This document shows positions 1-12,135 of a stretch of DNA of 32,000 bases, piece after piece. The first letter of the stretch is position 1. Every line of letters starts with the position of its first letter. Source of the stretch: Candidatus Saccharimonadota bacterium. GTDB taxonomy: Bacteria > Patescibacteriota > Gracilibacteria > BD1-5 > UBA2023. The DNA is taken from contig JAXLZO010000001.1 of assembly GCA_046350815.1 (NCBI GenBank), forward strand, positions 240,001 to 272,000, given 5' to 3'. Made by a program: the position numbers and the translations under genes. A model generated the notes under the pieces. It worked only from the letters and a program-made list of their open reading frames with translations. It had not been told where the DNA came from and did not search any database.

Positions 1-102
1 AAGATGCGATTGCTCTCCGAGAGTCATAATAGACCCAGATCCAAATTGTTTTTCAATCTGTGCAAGGGCTGCTTTGAGAGCTTCTTTTTTGTTATCAGTC
101 AT
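1..102 (-). CDS. recA: Recombinase RecA, first 34 codons (gene continues past the left edge)
   Basis: Reverse translation from ATG (100-102) gives [34 protein letters not shown]. This matches the conserved RecA N-terminus (E. coli ...[26 protein letters not shown]...). Confidence 0.9.
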   Translation of the reverse strand, partial: MTDNKKEALKAALAQIEKQFGSGSIMTLGEQSHL

Positions 103-179
103 ACGAGAAAATATTTTGTTTAAAAGCGAATCTACTATAGAGAGATGATGGAGAAACTCAAATTTTTTATAAATAGCAA

Positions 180-960
180 GGCTCTAGACCAGAAGATTTT
201 AGAAATATCTAAGATCTTCTGGATTTTTTATAAAATATTTTAATCATTGTAATAAGTTCCTGCTCAAGTTCAAAGCTTTCTTTGGTATACATCCATTCAC
301 ATTCTTTGAGATGAAGGTGAAAGTTTACTTTCACACCGTTGAACTTGTTCAATCGGCGCTTTGTGAAACTCCAGAAGTTCTCAATCCCGTTGATGTGAAT
401 TCCATTCCCAAGTGAGAATTCACTTGTACCATGGTTGACTCGGAAGTGCTTGTCGATTCATACATCTACGAGATCATCGTATCCCTTCCAGCCATCTGAA
501 TACAGGATAGAATCTTCTATGCTGACTTTTCCCTGTATTATAGGTCGGAGTGTTACAGCTTTGTAATTCGGAATAATCTCTGTATATATTTCTACTCTTC
601 CATTCTCATCTTTTCTCTTGATGAGTCAAAACACTGGCTGTTTGAGGGTTCATCTTCATCGTTTGAGTTTTCCTGTAAGTCCTCTTTTTCTCTTTGCTCC
701 AAAATAGCTTTCATCTACTTCAATTGCACCACCTATCTTTTCTTTGAAAGCTTCAATTCGATGAGTATAGATCACCTTCCTAAAGATAGAGAAATAATGG
801 TTAACGGTCTTTCGATTATATCCCAAAAGCTCGCTTGTTTTTGTGGCATCAATATCCACACAAAAGCACTTAATAATCTTTTTAAGTTCGTGAACTGATA
901 TTTTGCTGTATGGGATCATAAGAAGAGAGTATATGAGTTACTTTCTTCTGGTCTAGAGCC
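180..960 (-). mobile_element. IS1595-family insertion sequence, type A
   Basis: Terminal inverted repeats GGCTCTAGACCAGAAG (180-195) and CTTCTGGTCTAGAGCC (945-960); identity extends to 178-196 / 944-962. It encloses a single ISXO2-like transposase gene. No clean target-site duplication is seen. Confidence 0.85.
209..919 (-). CDS. IS1595-family (ISXO2-like DDE) transposase, 236 aa with 4 TGA read as Gly
   Basis: I translated the frame codon by codon from 919 to the TAG at 209-211. Motifs IEVDESYFGAKRKRG, LYSDGWKGYDDL, HFRVNHG and GIHINGIENFWSFTKRRL are present. The standard-code track shows only the first 87 aa (656..919). Confidence 0.9.
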
Positions 961-1077
961 TTTATATTTAGCCTAGAAAGATTCTACTCATTTCTCAACA
1001 CATTTTATAAACATGTGATTGTCAAAAGTATATAGCAATAATTTTTGCTCTTCGAGACCTACAAACCCGACATGAAA

Positions 1078-1299
1078 CTAACTTCCTTTCCTCTTCCTCT
1101 TATAAAACTCTTCCAGCGATGCTCTTGTCCCAATCGTGATATCAACTGATTCACATTTGGGACATTTTTTTACTTCTTCATTATACGGAGTGGTATGGAG
1201 ACATTCCCGACAATAGATAATCACTTCTCAGCGATCTTCTGCGAATGTTTGGCGTTGTTTGCCGAATGTTGCAACGTTAATGAGTTCTGAGTATTTCAT
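1078..1299 (-). CDS. Small zinc-ribbon protein (73 aa, hypothetical)
   Basis: ATG 1297-1299 to TAG 1078-1080 with one in-frame TGA. Sequence is MKYSELINVATFGKQRQTFAEDRGEVIIYCRECLHTTPYNEEVKKCPKCESVD..., with a CxxC...CxxC pair. It lies directly downstream of smpB on the same strand. Confidence 0.45.
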
Positions 1300-1309
1300 A
1301 GAGTGTCAT

Positions 1310-1813
1310 TTAGTAATGTTTCATAGCTACTTCTGCTTCTCTATTGAGTGTGCGCTCTTTAAGAAGTTGTTTTTTATTATAATCCTTTCGTCCTCGCACA
1401 AGTGCAACTTCCACCTTGAGAAGATTTCCTTTCAAATATATTTCTCTTGGGATCAAGGTGACTCAACCAGTCTTTATTTTCTCTGCAAATTTCAGAACAT
1501 CCTTTGATTTGAGAAGAAGGGTACGATCTCTGGTTGGATTTTGACCAAGTGTAATACCTCACTGTCTATAGGGAGTAATATGCCACCCGATGACTACAGG
1601 CAGGCCATTCTTGAGGCTGATATACGCACCTTTGAGATTGGTAGATTTTTCTCGCAGAGATTTCACTTCCCATCCATGAAGAATTACTCCCGCCTCAAGA
1701 GTCTCAATCGTTTCATAGTCAAAATTCGCCTTTTTATTGACGTGTATGCTCGTGCGTTGTTTCTGATGAATCATAATATGGAGTATAGCGATAGTGCGAG
1801 GTGAATCAACCAT
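1310..1813 (-). CDS. smpB: SsrA-binding protein SmpB (167 aa; alternative start ATG at 1774)
   Basis: Fragment 1559..1813 joins through TGA to the downstream frame, which ends at TAA 1310-1312. Motifs NKKANFDYETIETLEAGVILHGWEVKSLR, NPTRDRTLLL and VRGRKDYNKK are present. Confidence 0.9.
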
Positions 1814-1844
1814 CTTTCGTCTTGGAGATCACTTTTTTGCTAAA

Positions 1845-4800
1845 TTAAGGTCTCTTCGAGAGAATCCAACCAAGCATCGATTCAGGGTTACCGATATATC
1901 GAGCTTCTATTCGAAGTTTTTCAAGAGAGAGTAGTATGATATTTCCTTGAGGATCAAGTTCAAGAAATTTTCGTATTTGCTCGGTACTTGTCCCCTTGGG
2001 AAATTCAAAAAAATAATGATTTCCGATTCGGGAGAGTTTTATTACCCCATAATCCTTGAGGATAATTTTTGATTTGAGAAGTTTGAAAAAGTTCGATAGT
2101 CCACCCATTTCACCTTCGTAGAGCATTTCACTTTCCAGCTCCTCTATTTCCTCAATACTACCAAGCGACTCTGCAAGACGATAAAAGTGGATTTTTTCTC
2201 ATTCCGATGAGAAAATGGACTCATCTGGAAGTATAGAGAGCTCGAGTTCTATTTTGGTCTGTTGGTTGAATATCTTTGTTCCGGTCTGTAGCTCAACGAT
2301 TTTTTCTTCAAGCATCTTGATGAATACGGGAATTCAGGTCTCTCGAGTATGGCCGGACTGCTTAATTCAGAGAACCTCTCAGGCTCCACGAATCTCAAGA
2401 TCTCTCAAGGCAAGCTCGAATCCAGCACCAAGATAGGAATGCTCTTGAAGCGTGATAAGTCGTTTTTTTGCATCATTTGCAAGATCCGTCTTTGTATAAG
2501 TGAGAAGACAATATGCTTCACGGTCACGCCGGCCAACTCTTCATCGGAGTTGATGAAGCGATGAGAGTCAAAAATCCTGCGCATCCCGTATGATGATCGT
2601 ATTTGCATTCGTGAAATTGACACCATTTTCAATAACGGTTGTGGAGAGGAGAACATCACTTTTTCCTTCGCGAAAGGAAAAAATATGGTTCTCGAGTTCC
2701 TCTCGATCCATACTTCCATGCACAGTAGTAATACGAAGCGGATCTCACGATGATTTTTTGATTCATACACAGATATCTTGGATCTCTTTGCTCACCATTG
2801 CAAGGGTTGCAATACGATTATGAAGAACAATGACTTGTCCATTTCTCTCGATTTCCCGTTCGATCAGAGTATGAATATGTTTATGATCCCATGGATGAAT
2901 CTCTGTCATAATCGGCTTACGCTCTCTCGGTGGAGTTGTAAGAAGCGATATTTTTTTGACTCACGAGAGTGCCATGTTGAGTGATCGCGGAATAGGCGTT
3001 GCCGAGAGTGAAAGAATATCAATATTTGTTTTGAGTTGATTGATTTTTTCTTTGTCCATCACGCCAAACTTATGCTCTTCATCAATGATAAGCAGACCAA
3101 GGTCTCTATATTCAACCGATTCGGAGAGAATTCGATGAGTTCATACCACCACATGAATATCACCTGATTTCAATCATGCTATCACTCGCTTTGCAGCCTG
3201 ATCCGTCACCATCCGAGTCAAAAGTCCGACCTTGATTCAAAATGGCGAGAGACGTTCTTCTAACGAAATCGCATGCTCATGTGCAAGTACGACCAGAGGT
3301 GAAATAAGTGCTGTTTGTTTTCCAGCAAGAAAAGATCGATAGATAGCATTCATAGCCACTTCCGTCTTTCCAAATCACACATCTCATGAAAGGAGTCGAT
3401 CCATAGGTTCGTCTTTCGCCATATCTGAGAGAACATCGTTGATCGCCTGACGTTGATCGTTTGTATAGGCATATTTAAATGCTTCACGAAAATTTGCTTC
3501 TTGATGTTCGAATTCTGGAAACGCAAATCATTGTATTTTTTTGCGTTCTGAATAGAGAGCGAGAAGCTCACGAGCTATTTTCTCCACATCTTCACTTGTT
3601 CTCTCCATTGTTCGTTGCCAATCACCCGACCCGAGGTTATTGAGTGTTGGATTTTCTTCTCAGACATACTTTGAAATCCTATATACCTCGGTCGCTGGAA
3701 CATAGAGCATATTTCCCTCCCGATATCTAATGCGAATATATTCTCTCGTGAGATTTCCGAGTGTTTTTTCCTCTATTCATTCATAAACACCGATTCCGTG
3801 ATCGATATGAACCACATAATCACCATCTTCAATCTGAAGAAGAAGGTCAATATTTGCATGCTTTTCTCTATCTCATCGTCGTTTAATAATCAACGGAGAG
3901 AGGATGTCATCTGAGAGGATCGTAATAGTAGTAGGACTCGAAGGTATTTGAAAAAGTTGTGCGTATATTTTAGCCATACTTCATCATACTCGATGAGATT
4001 CAACGCGTGCCATGGGGGGTAATTCGATACCTTTAACAATTGGCAAACCAATATCGGTCAATCTTTTTTCAATCTTTGCAGGATATTTAGAAAGAATCAC
4101 AACATTCTCGTTCTCTAAAGTATTTTTGAGACTGAGAATACTCTCAATATGCAACGATGAAATATCGGCAGTCGATGAAGTTGTACGCCCTATATGAAGA
4201 GATTCATTCCAATCCTTTGTGTATTTCAGAGTTGTCGAAAAATCCCTATGATGAGAGATGCATTGAATATTGTTCTTATCGAGAGCTTTCTTAAGATCAG
4301 AGTATCCTCTTTCAATCTCCGATTCTTTTGGTTTGATAGCAGACATATTCTTTGTCTCAGCAATATCTCACAATGGAATCTTTGGAAGAAGAATACTCTT
4401 TTTTACATACGAAACATTATTTTTCATCAAAACTATCGACTCAATCAATGAATCAAACCAAGAAATAGAGAGTACGTCAAAATCCATTCATCGAAGACTG
4501 AGTTGTATGGTATCTCCAAGTTTCCTATAACTCCTTTCACGAGAGAGGGTATCATCATAGAACCAACCATGTTCAACAAGTTCTCAAGAAACATGAAGAA
4601 TATCAATCTCTTGATCACAAGAGAGACAAAGAGCATCTCGCTCCAACGGATGAAGCCATGACCCGACCGGAATATTCTTTTCTTCAAGAAGAACGTGATA
4701 TCAAAACACACTCGCCGTGAATGCATGATGGTGATTATTCACCTTTATTATTCACCCAGAAAGAAGACTTCCCAGTCGAAAAAGAGTGAGAGTATCGCTC

Positions 4801-4946
4801 TCATTTTCTGTCAAAATAACGCTTGATCGTTCATCGCAATAAGCATGAACGATCGTAGTAAGTGCGTGCGGACTCGTAATGTACATGAAACCCCTTGAAA
4901 GATGGAAAATTATATGGAAAATACTCTGAGTGAAAAATTTTTCCAA
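1845..4946 (-). CDS. mfd: Transcription-repair coupling factor Mfd (about 1033 aa; start is TTG 4946 or ATG 4886)
   Basis: I checked every in-frame triplet from 4964 down to 1845 and found no TAA or TAG, only TGA. Motifs are [G]DV[G]FGKTEVA (Walker A), [24 protein letters not shown]...[15 protein letters not shown][G]LSSLHQLR[G]RVGRR and RGA[G]EVL[G]IKQSGH, where [G] marks TGA. Confidence 0.93.
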
Positions 4947-5025
4947 GAAGAGAAAATTGATTTTTTACAAAATACCATATAAAGAATTGCGAAAGAAACA
5001 ATATAGTGTTGTTTCTCATGATCAA

Positions 5026-5031
5026 AGGAGG
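5026..5031 (+). promoter_or_regulatory. Shine-Dalgarno site AGGAGG, 7 nt upstream of ATG 5039
   Basis: The sequence is atcaaAGGAGGagaaaatATG. No comparable SD was seen upstream of the other start codons I inspected in this window. Confidence 0.6.
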
Positions 5032-5038
5032 AGAAAAT

Positions 5039-5641
5039 ATGGAATCTCCGATATGTTTTGAATTGTCCTATGATAAGGTGTTATGGGGTAACGATTCACG
5101 CATTGAGGATATCCAAAAATGTTTGGTTGTTATCAGTATTTCTTACGCGAATATTAATCACCAAATAAATACGACGAATAATAAAGCGTTCGTATTTCAT
5201 TTACATGGAATCACTCATAGCATGACAGCGGCGAGAGTTCACACCATACCGCAAATTGGTATGAAGGATGGTGGTAGCATACAGATATGTTTGCGACATC
5301 AAAAACAAGTGGCAACCGTCTTGGTGGCTGATGATATTGATATCTCCATTTTACAGACAGCGATGTTCTACTATATGGAGTATTATACGCAAAAATACCA
5401 GCTTCTCCAGAATGAGAAGAGCACACTCCAGGAGGAAAGAGCTCGACTCCAAAAACAAGTAGCCAAAATAAAAGAAAAGGTAAGTCTTCTGCAAGAAAGA
5501 GACATGCTCGAAGATGATCATCTTATGGAGGAGGTCCTGGACCAACTCTATACCGCAGAGGAACGACACGAAAAAAATGGACAAGATTATTTTAAAACAA
5601 TCCAGTCTATTGGTCGACTCTTCCGTTTTCAGGAGGCATAA
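5039..5641 (+). CDS. Hypothetical protein with C-terminal coiled coil (200 aa)
   Basis: The frame is intact even in the standard code (track ORF 5006..5641). I chose ATG 5039 because of the SD. The C-terminal segment QLLQNEKSTLQEERARLQKQVAKIKEKVSLLQERD is heptad-like. A terminator hairpin follows. Confidence 0.6.
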   Translation: MESPICFELSYDKVLWGNDSRIEDIQKCLVVISISYANINHQINTTNNKAFVFHLHGITHSMTAARVHTIPQIGMKDGGSIQICLRHQKQVATVLVADDIDISILQTAMFYYMEYYTQKYQLLQNEKSTLQEERARLQKQVAKIKEKVSLLQERDMLEDDHLMEEVLDQLYTAEERHEKNGQDYFKTIQSIGRLFRFQEA

Positions 5642-5668
5642 CAAAAGAGTCTGCTAATTTCTATCTTT

Positions 5669-5702
5669 AAATACTAGGGTTATGCCCTAGTATTTCTTTT
5701 TG
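5669..5702 (+). terminator. Rho-independent terminator
   Basis: Stem AAATACTAGGG (5669-5679) pairs with CCCTAGTATTT (5685-5695) around a 5-nt loop. A T-rich tract TTTCTTTTTG follows. Confidence 0.7.
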
Positions 5703-5726
5703 TCAAAATCAAAAAATCAATATACT

Positions 5727-5987
5727 ATGAAAAGTATTCTTATTCATACTTGTATGTCATTTCATTCTCATGATGAGTGTTCTCTTGCTCAAACAGAGAT
5801 ACACTCAAGTGTTATTGTTTGATCAAAAGGGCAAATTGTCATCCCAAAAGATGTTCGAGATAAGCTCTCTATCAAACCGGGTGATACTCTTACAGTAATC
5901 ACCAAAGGTGGCATCGCTATCGGTCTTATTAAAAATAGCGATCTTCCAGCACTTCTATCTTATCTTCAAAATGAAATCCATGATTAA
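5727..5987 (+). CDS. AbrB/MazE/SpoVT-family DNA-binding protein (86 aa)
   Basis: The sequence ...SSVIV[G]SKGQIVIPKDVRDKLSIKPGDTLTVITKGG... matches the swapped-hairpin signature G-x-KGQ-[IV]-x-IPK-x-[IV]R. It has one TGA and overlaps the next gene by 17 nt. Confidence 0.7.
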
Positions 5988-7920
5988 TTCTTCTCAAAAA
6001 CAACTTATCCTCTTGTGGATTTTTGTATCAGTCTTTCTCACTTCCTGTGGAAACACCGATTCAGCACAAACAAAAGAAAAAACGCCAATAGAAGTATCGG
6101 TTATGAAGCCAATGACTGGATGAGTATCTCTTGATCAAACGATCGTTGGTCGTGTTATTGGTGATCCGGAAGTGACTATTTCATCACAAAGTGCTGGCAT
6201 ACTTTCATCGGTATCATATCGTATTGGTGAGAATGTAACACTCGGATCTTCACTCGCGACCATTGATACATCAAGTACTACCAACAATTTGAATCTCAAT
6301 AATGCTCAAACAGCACTCAATAACGCCAGTAGTATTGCAGAAAGTACGATTGCTAGTCTTGAATCTGATTTGAGTGCAGCTCATATTCAGTATGAAAATG
6401 CCAAGCAAAGTCAAAAGAGTGTCTACAATACGACCCAAACACAACTCGATCTCTGAGTGTTAACCGCACAAAATAATACTGCTCAAGCAAAGACAAATCT
6501 TGAACAAGCAGAGCTTGCGCTCTCAAATTTTCAAAAAACAAAGCAAGAGTCTCTCTCTAGTCTCAACGATCGTGCATCCACCCTCTCAAAAACCATTGAT
6601 GCAAGTCTCATTCAAGTTGTGTCAACTCTTGAACCAGCACTTGAATCAGCTGATAAAATTCTCGGAGTAACTGATAAAAATAAAGATCTGAATGATTCCT
6701 ATGAGCCCTATCTTGGCAGTAAACTCACACGCTCAAAGGAACAAGCAAATGATGCATTTTTAACAGCCAATCAACTCCTCGATTCATACCGACGCACCTT
6801 TGCGAGTGATCCAGAATATCGCCTATCAGCTGCGCGAGAAGCAAACAGTGCAGCAGTAGAACTCTATCGACTTCTCACTCTAGTTGTTCAGAACTCCGTT
6901 ATCGATGTGAATCGTTTTTCTCAGACCCAATCGGATAGTATACTTTCACAAGTCAGTGTTCGTCAACAAGCTCTCATACCACTCGAATCCACATTGACAA
7001 GTCTACAAAATAGCCAAAAGGATCTTGAAACTCAACGATCAACAACACGAGCAAATCTTGAAACTCAAGAACTGTCTCTCAAGAAAGCACTTGAAATCGC
7101 ACAAAAACAAAATGGTCTTATAGCTGGTTCGGACACAGTCGCAACAGCTGAGCTTTCTGAAAAAAATCTCGAAAATACAAAAGCACAAATCAATCAAGCA
7201 CGTGAAAGTGCTGATAACGCACTCAAGCTTGCAGATGCGAACCTCAAAAGCCTTGAAGCAAAAATTGCTGCCCAACGAACACAAGCTCAAGCAAATGTTG
7301 ATAATGCCAAATGACAAAGAGACATTGCGAACGTAAGTGTAAAAAATGGAAACTTTCTCTCTCCGGTAAATGGTGTTGTGACGGCACGTCTTGTTGAACC
7401 GGGAATGTCTGTATCGCCTGGTACACCCCTCTTTACTCTTGCTACCAATTCAACAAAAATTGTGCGGAGTGATCTTCCACTCAATATTGCTGAAGCTCTG
7501 AAAGTTGGTGATGAAGTTTCGCTTGTAAGTCTCTCATCAAGTATAAGTTTCTCAGGTCGTATTAATCGTATCGCCAGTGCACCAGATGCAAATACAAAAC
7601 TCTATCGTATTGATATTGCTCTACCGAATGATACAGATCTCCACTATGGAGAATTTGTACAAGTTCATGCTCAAATCATACATGGTCTATCAGATACACA
7701 AAGTGGATCGATTAGTCTTCCTATGAAGGTGATCATGGCAAAAAGCCAATGAAGGTACGAAGTCTGGGTAATAGAAGATAGTCGACTGGCAAAGCGCGAA
7801 GTTACTCTTGGAGCAATATCGAGTAATCAGGCTGAGGTACTCAGTGGTATTACCTCTGATACCATGGTCGTAACAAGTGATGGAATATACGGTGAAGGTG
7901 ATAGTGTTATTATTCGATAA
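5971..7920 (+). CDS. Efflux transporter periplasmic adaptor (membrane-fusion protein, HlyD/AcrA family), lipoprotein, 649 aa
   Basis: Track fragments 5908.., 6172.., 6457.. and 7378.. are all in one frame and are joined by TGA. The lipobox signal is LILLWIFVSVFLTSC. A lipoyl/beta-barrel segment reads SPVNGVVTARLVEPGMSVSPGTPLFTLA. A very long helical insert lies between the lipoyl halves. The stop is TAA 7918-7920. Confidence 0.85.
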
Positions 7921-7939
7921 TTTTTTAGACTTCTTCTCT

Positions 7940-10900
7940 ATGAATGATTCCAATAACAAAATTCGAGAACATTCTCATGATTCTATCGAGCATATCGAGT
8001 ATGACTCAGAGCTTGGAAAATGATGGTATAGCGCATTTCTCTCACGTACACGAGTGATACTTCTCATTCTCGTTTCTATTTTTGTAGCATGATACCTTGC
8101 ATTAAAAACTCTTCCCCTTGAGTCAAATCCCGAAGTAAAAATCGGGAAAGCGATTGTCTCCGTTGCTTATCCATGAGCACCCCCAGAAACGGTCGAAGAT
8201 CTGATTACAAAACCAGTTGAAAAAGAAATTGCCCGTGTAAAAGGAGTCGATACGTATGAGTCAACTATCAGAAATGGTATATCCTCAACAGTGGTAACAT
8301 TCAAATCCAATGCGGATGCTGCTGATGTGACACGTACCATGAAGGATCAAGTCGATTTAGCGGCGGTTGATTTTCCTGAAGATGCTAAGGATCCTGTTGT
8401 GAAAGAAATATCCTTCTCTGATGAGCCAATATGGGTAATGACTGTATCTTGAGATATGGATAGCATTACGCTTGGTGACTATGCGGATCGGATTGCTGAC
8501 GAGCTTGAAAAAGTACCATGAGTACAAGATGTTCAGGTAACAGGTGCTGACAAATTGGAATATCAGATACATGTTGACCCTATAGCACTCAGCTCATTTG
8601 GATTATCTCTTGAAAGCATTAATACCGCTCTCAAATCAAAGAATATCAACCTTCCTCTTGATAGTGTGAACACATCAGATTGAGAGCATGCCATTACGAT
8701 TGATGAACGTATATACAAAATTGATGAAATTCTCAATCTCCCACTCACACAACTCACAAATACAACCACCAATTCCCAAGGTATTATTCGTATCAAGGAT
8801 ATCGCAAGTGTTCGCGCTCTCACTGCTGATCGTAGTACTATTTCTCGATTTGCACCACAGACAAAAAGCGGCTGATTGGCAACAACAACCAATTCAGTTC
8901 AGCTCTCAATCATTAAACGATCTGGTGGCTCAATTCTCGACCTTGTCGATCTTGGGAATAAAAAGATCGAAGAAATGAGAACAAATGGCAGAATCCCTCC
9001 TTCACTCAGTATCACAACCATACAAGACAATTCTGAGCGAATACGCCTAGATCTTAAACAGCTCATTCACGATGGTCTCATCACCGTGACCATTGTAATT
9101 CTTGTACATTTTGCAGTTATCGGGGTAATTGAAGCTTTTGTTGCAGCACTTGCCATACCAATCGTATTCTTCATCACTTTTGCAGTCATGGCATTTGCAG
9201 GACAAACATTGAATTTTCTCTCCATGTTTGCGCTCATTCTGTCACTTGGTCTTCTTGTAGATGATGCGATTGTCGTGATTACAGCAATTAATCAGTATAA
9301 ACGATCAGGAAAATTTACTACAAAAGAAGCGATTCTTCTGGTTATTCGTGATTTTAAAAGGGTGCTTATTTCGACAACTTTAACAGTTGTTTGGATTTTT
9401 TCAGCAATGCTCTTTATGACTGGATTGATTGGAAAATTTATTTTCTCAATTCCATTTATCCTGACTGTTACGCTTCTAGCATCTCTTGTTATCGCATTGA
9501 CGCTCAATCCAGCGCTTTCATTGTTCTTTGCCTCGCTTGAGTGACAGAACTTCGACACAAAACTTCGAGCGTATCTTATGAAGTTTACCCTTCATTTAAA
9601 AGATGTATCATTATTTCAAAGAGTTCTTGCGGGAACAAAAATGTTTATCTTCACGTTCCTTATCCCAATTATTCCTATAGGATGGTGCGTTTATGGTTTC
9701 CTTAAAGTATGGCTGAGAATCTATCCATACCTCTCAAAAGGGCTTTATTCACTCCATCCTCTCGAAGCATTTTATGGACGCATTCTCACATCGATCCTAT
9801 CATCACAGGTGAAATCTCGTTGTCTTCTCTTTGGTATTCTCACACTCTTTATACTTTCGTGTTTTCTTCCAGCATCTGGACTGCTCAAGTCTGATTTCTT
9901 TCCAAAAAGTGATCAATCATTGATGACCGTTAATATCGAGGCACCGGCTGGCACCACACTGGAATCAACTTCTGAGCTCGTTCGAGCTATCGAATCCCAA
10001 CTCCAAAAAGAGAAAGAAATTGCATCCATATCAACAACTGTTGGACAACTCTCTGATCTCTCATCAGGAGAAAGTAGACAGGGAGGACAATATGCTACCG
10101 TAACAATCAATTTAGTGAAAAAGGAAGATGGACGTAAGGAAAGTTCTATGAGTATTGCTGATAGGCTCCGACAAGAATTTACCACCTTCTCTGGTGCAAC
10201 AATCTCAGTATCCGAACTCTCTGGTGGACCTCCTGCTGGTGCTGACTTCTCTCTACGCATAGCAAGTGAAGATAGTGACACACTCGAGACCGTTTCAGAG
10301 GAAGTAATGAAAATAGTACGATCTATTCCAGGTGCTGTGAATGTACGATCAAGTAATGTTGTTCTACCTTCAGAGTTTCGCCTTGAATTCGATCCAAGTG
10401 CATTAGCAAACTATCAATTGTCAGTCTCTCAAGCAGCCCTTCTCTTAAGGAATGCAACCGCTGGATCTGAAATATTTAAGATCAAACAAACTCAGAAAGA
10501 AATTCCAGTAGTCACACGTTACATGACAGGTTATACCTCAAGTCTTGATTCGATACTTTCTCTCAACATACAAAATCGATCTGGAGTAAATATTCCCGTA
10601 TCGTCCATTGCTCGTGTAGTACCCACCCCGGCACTCGCATCTATAGAACGCTATAATGGGAAAAGAGTAGTGAATGTTACCGCAAGTGCAGACAAATCAA
10701 CCAATGGAACAGAGCTTCAAGCAGCATTTCAAAAGAAGATCGTCTCATACCATTTACCGAGCAATACAGAATTTCTCTATGGGTGAGCAAACGAAGAAAA
10801 TGCAAAATCGGTAGCATCACTCTGAGTAGCTATGATGTTCTGATTGCTTCTCATCGTTGCAACACTCGTTCTCCTTTTTGATTCGTACAAACTCTCAGCT

Positions 10901-11293
10901 CTTGTTCTTGTAACTATTCCACTTTCTCTCATTGGAGTATTTGTGGGACTCACAATCTTTCGACAGCCACTTTCATTTCCTGGAATGATCGGTCTCGTTG
11001 CACTCTTTGGTATTGTGGTGAGAAATGGAATCATTCTCTTTGATAAGATCAATCACAATCGCTCTATCGGGATGAAGATGAATCAAGCAATCGTTGATGC
11101 GGGACGTACTCGTCTTGAGCCGGTTTTACTCACATCTGTCTGTACGATTCTCGGTATGGTGCCACTGTCACTCTCAAATCCTACCTGGACACCACTCGCA
11201 CTCTCTATTATATTTGGCCTTACTGCATCTACACTTCTAACACTCCTCGTGCTTCCTGTATTGTATTCAAAAGTAGCTAAAGAATCGGAGTAA
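7940..11293 (+). CDS. RND-superfamily efflux permease (AcrB/AcrD/AcrF family), 1117 aa
   Basis: A single frame holds fragments 8876.., 9578.. and 10844.., joined by 11 in-frame TGA. Motifs are LSLGLLVDDAIVVI, GMIGLVALFGIVVRNGIILFD and AIVDAGRTRLEPVLLTSVCTILGMVPL. Confidence 0.92.
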
Positions 11294-11407
11294 GAAAATG
11301 GTATTATTTTACAATAAGCTATTGAATTCACGAAAGAACTTCTTACAATTATTCAGACATACAAATGCAACCATAACAAGGTTTACCACATTACAACTTT
11401 AGATTTC

Positions 11408-12112
11408 ATGTGACACTCTTGAGGCGCGCAATGGATTTCTCTGGCGGATTTAATGACGGGACTGATGTTTGTGTTCTTGCTCATTTCTGTAGCTTTTATG
11501 GCAGATTTGCAAAAGCAAGAAGACAACAAAAATAGAGTTTTACTTGAGTATAACAATACACAAGGGGAGATCCTTAAAGACCTGAAACTTGCTTTCCAAG
11601 ATAAAGAGAAAGAATGGGAAATGACCATAGACGATGATCTGAGTATTAAATTTACCAATCCCGATGTCTTATTCGATCCAAATGTATCAACGGTGACCCG
11701 GAAATTTCAATGAATCCTTGATGAATTTATTCCACTTTATGTATCCATCATAAATAATGAAAAATATAAAGATGCCATTGTTGAGGTGCGAATAGAATGA
11801 CATGCTGGAAAATGTGATGAATCGGAATATATGACTTGTCTTCGGCTCTCTCAAGAGCGATCTAACGCGGTACTTTGATATATATTTAGTCACTCAGATT
11901 ATAAAAATATAGACGAAGTGAACAAGAGAAAACTAAAGTTTTGGCTCACTTCTAATGGTATGAGCAATGGAAAAAATCTTGATAATAATGGTCGATACGT
12001 ATTTAAGTCTTGAAATGAACTCGATCCAAAGCTCTCAAGGCGGGTCGAGTTTCGTATTGTCACAAATAGCGAAGCACTCGCAAAAACACTAATTGATAGT
12101 CTCTGAAAGTAA
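11408..12112 (+). CDS. MotB/OmpA-family stator-like protein (ZorB-like), 234 aa
   Basis: I checked the frame triplet by triplet; it has 7 TGA and ends at TAA 12110-12112. The N-terminal TM segment with a conserved Asp is WISLADLMTGLMFVFLLISV. The OmpA-like peptidoglycan-binding signature is VEVRIE[G]HAGKC...CLRLSQERSNAVL[G]YI...RRVEFRIV. Confidence 0.8.
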
Positions 12113-12135
12113 TTCTCATACGTTATTTTTACAAT

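Noticed and set aside
2405-2770. 121-aa reverse ORF and neighbouring plus-strand ORFs inside 1845-4946
   Set aside because: They are out of frame with, or antisense to, the continuous Mfd frame, which carries all helicase motifs.
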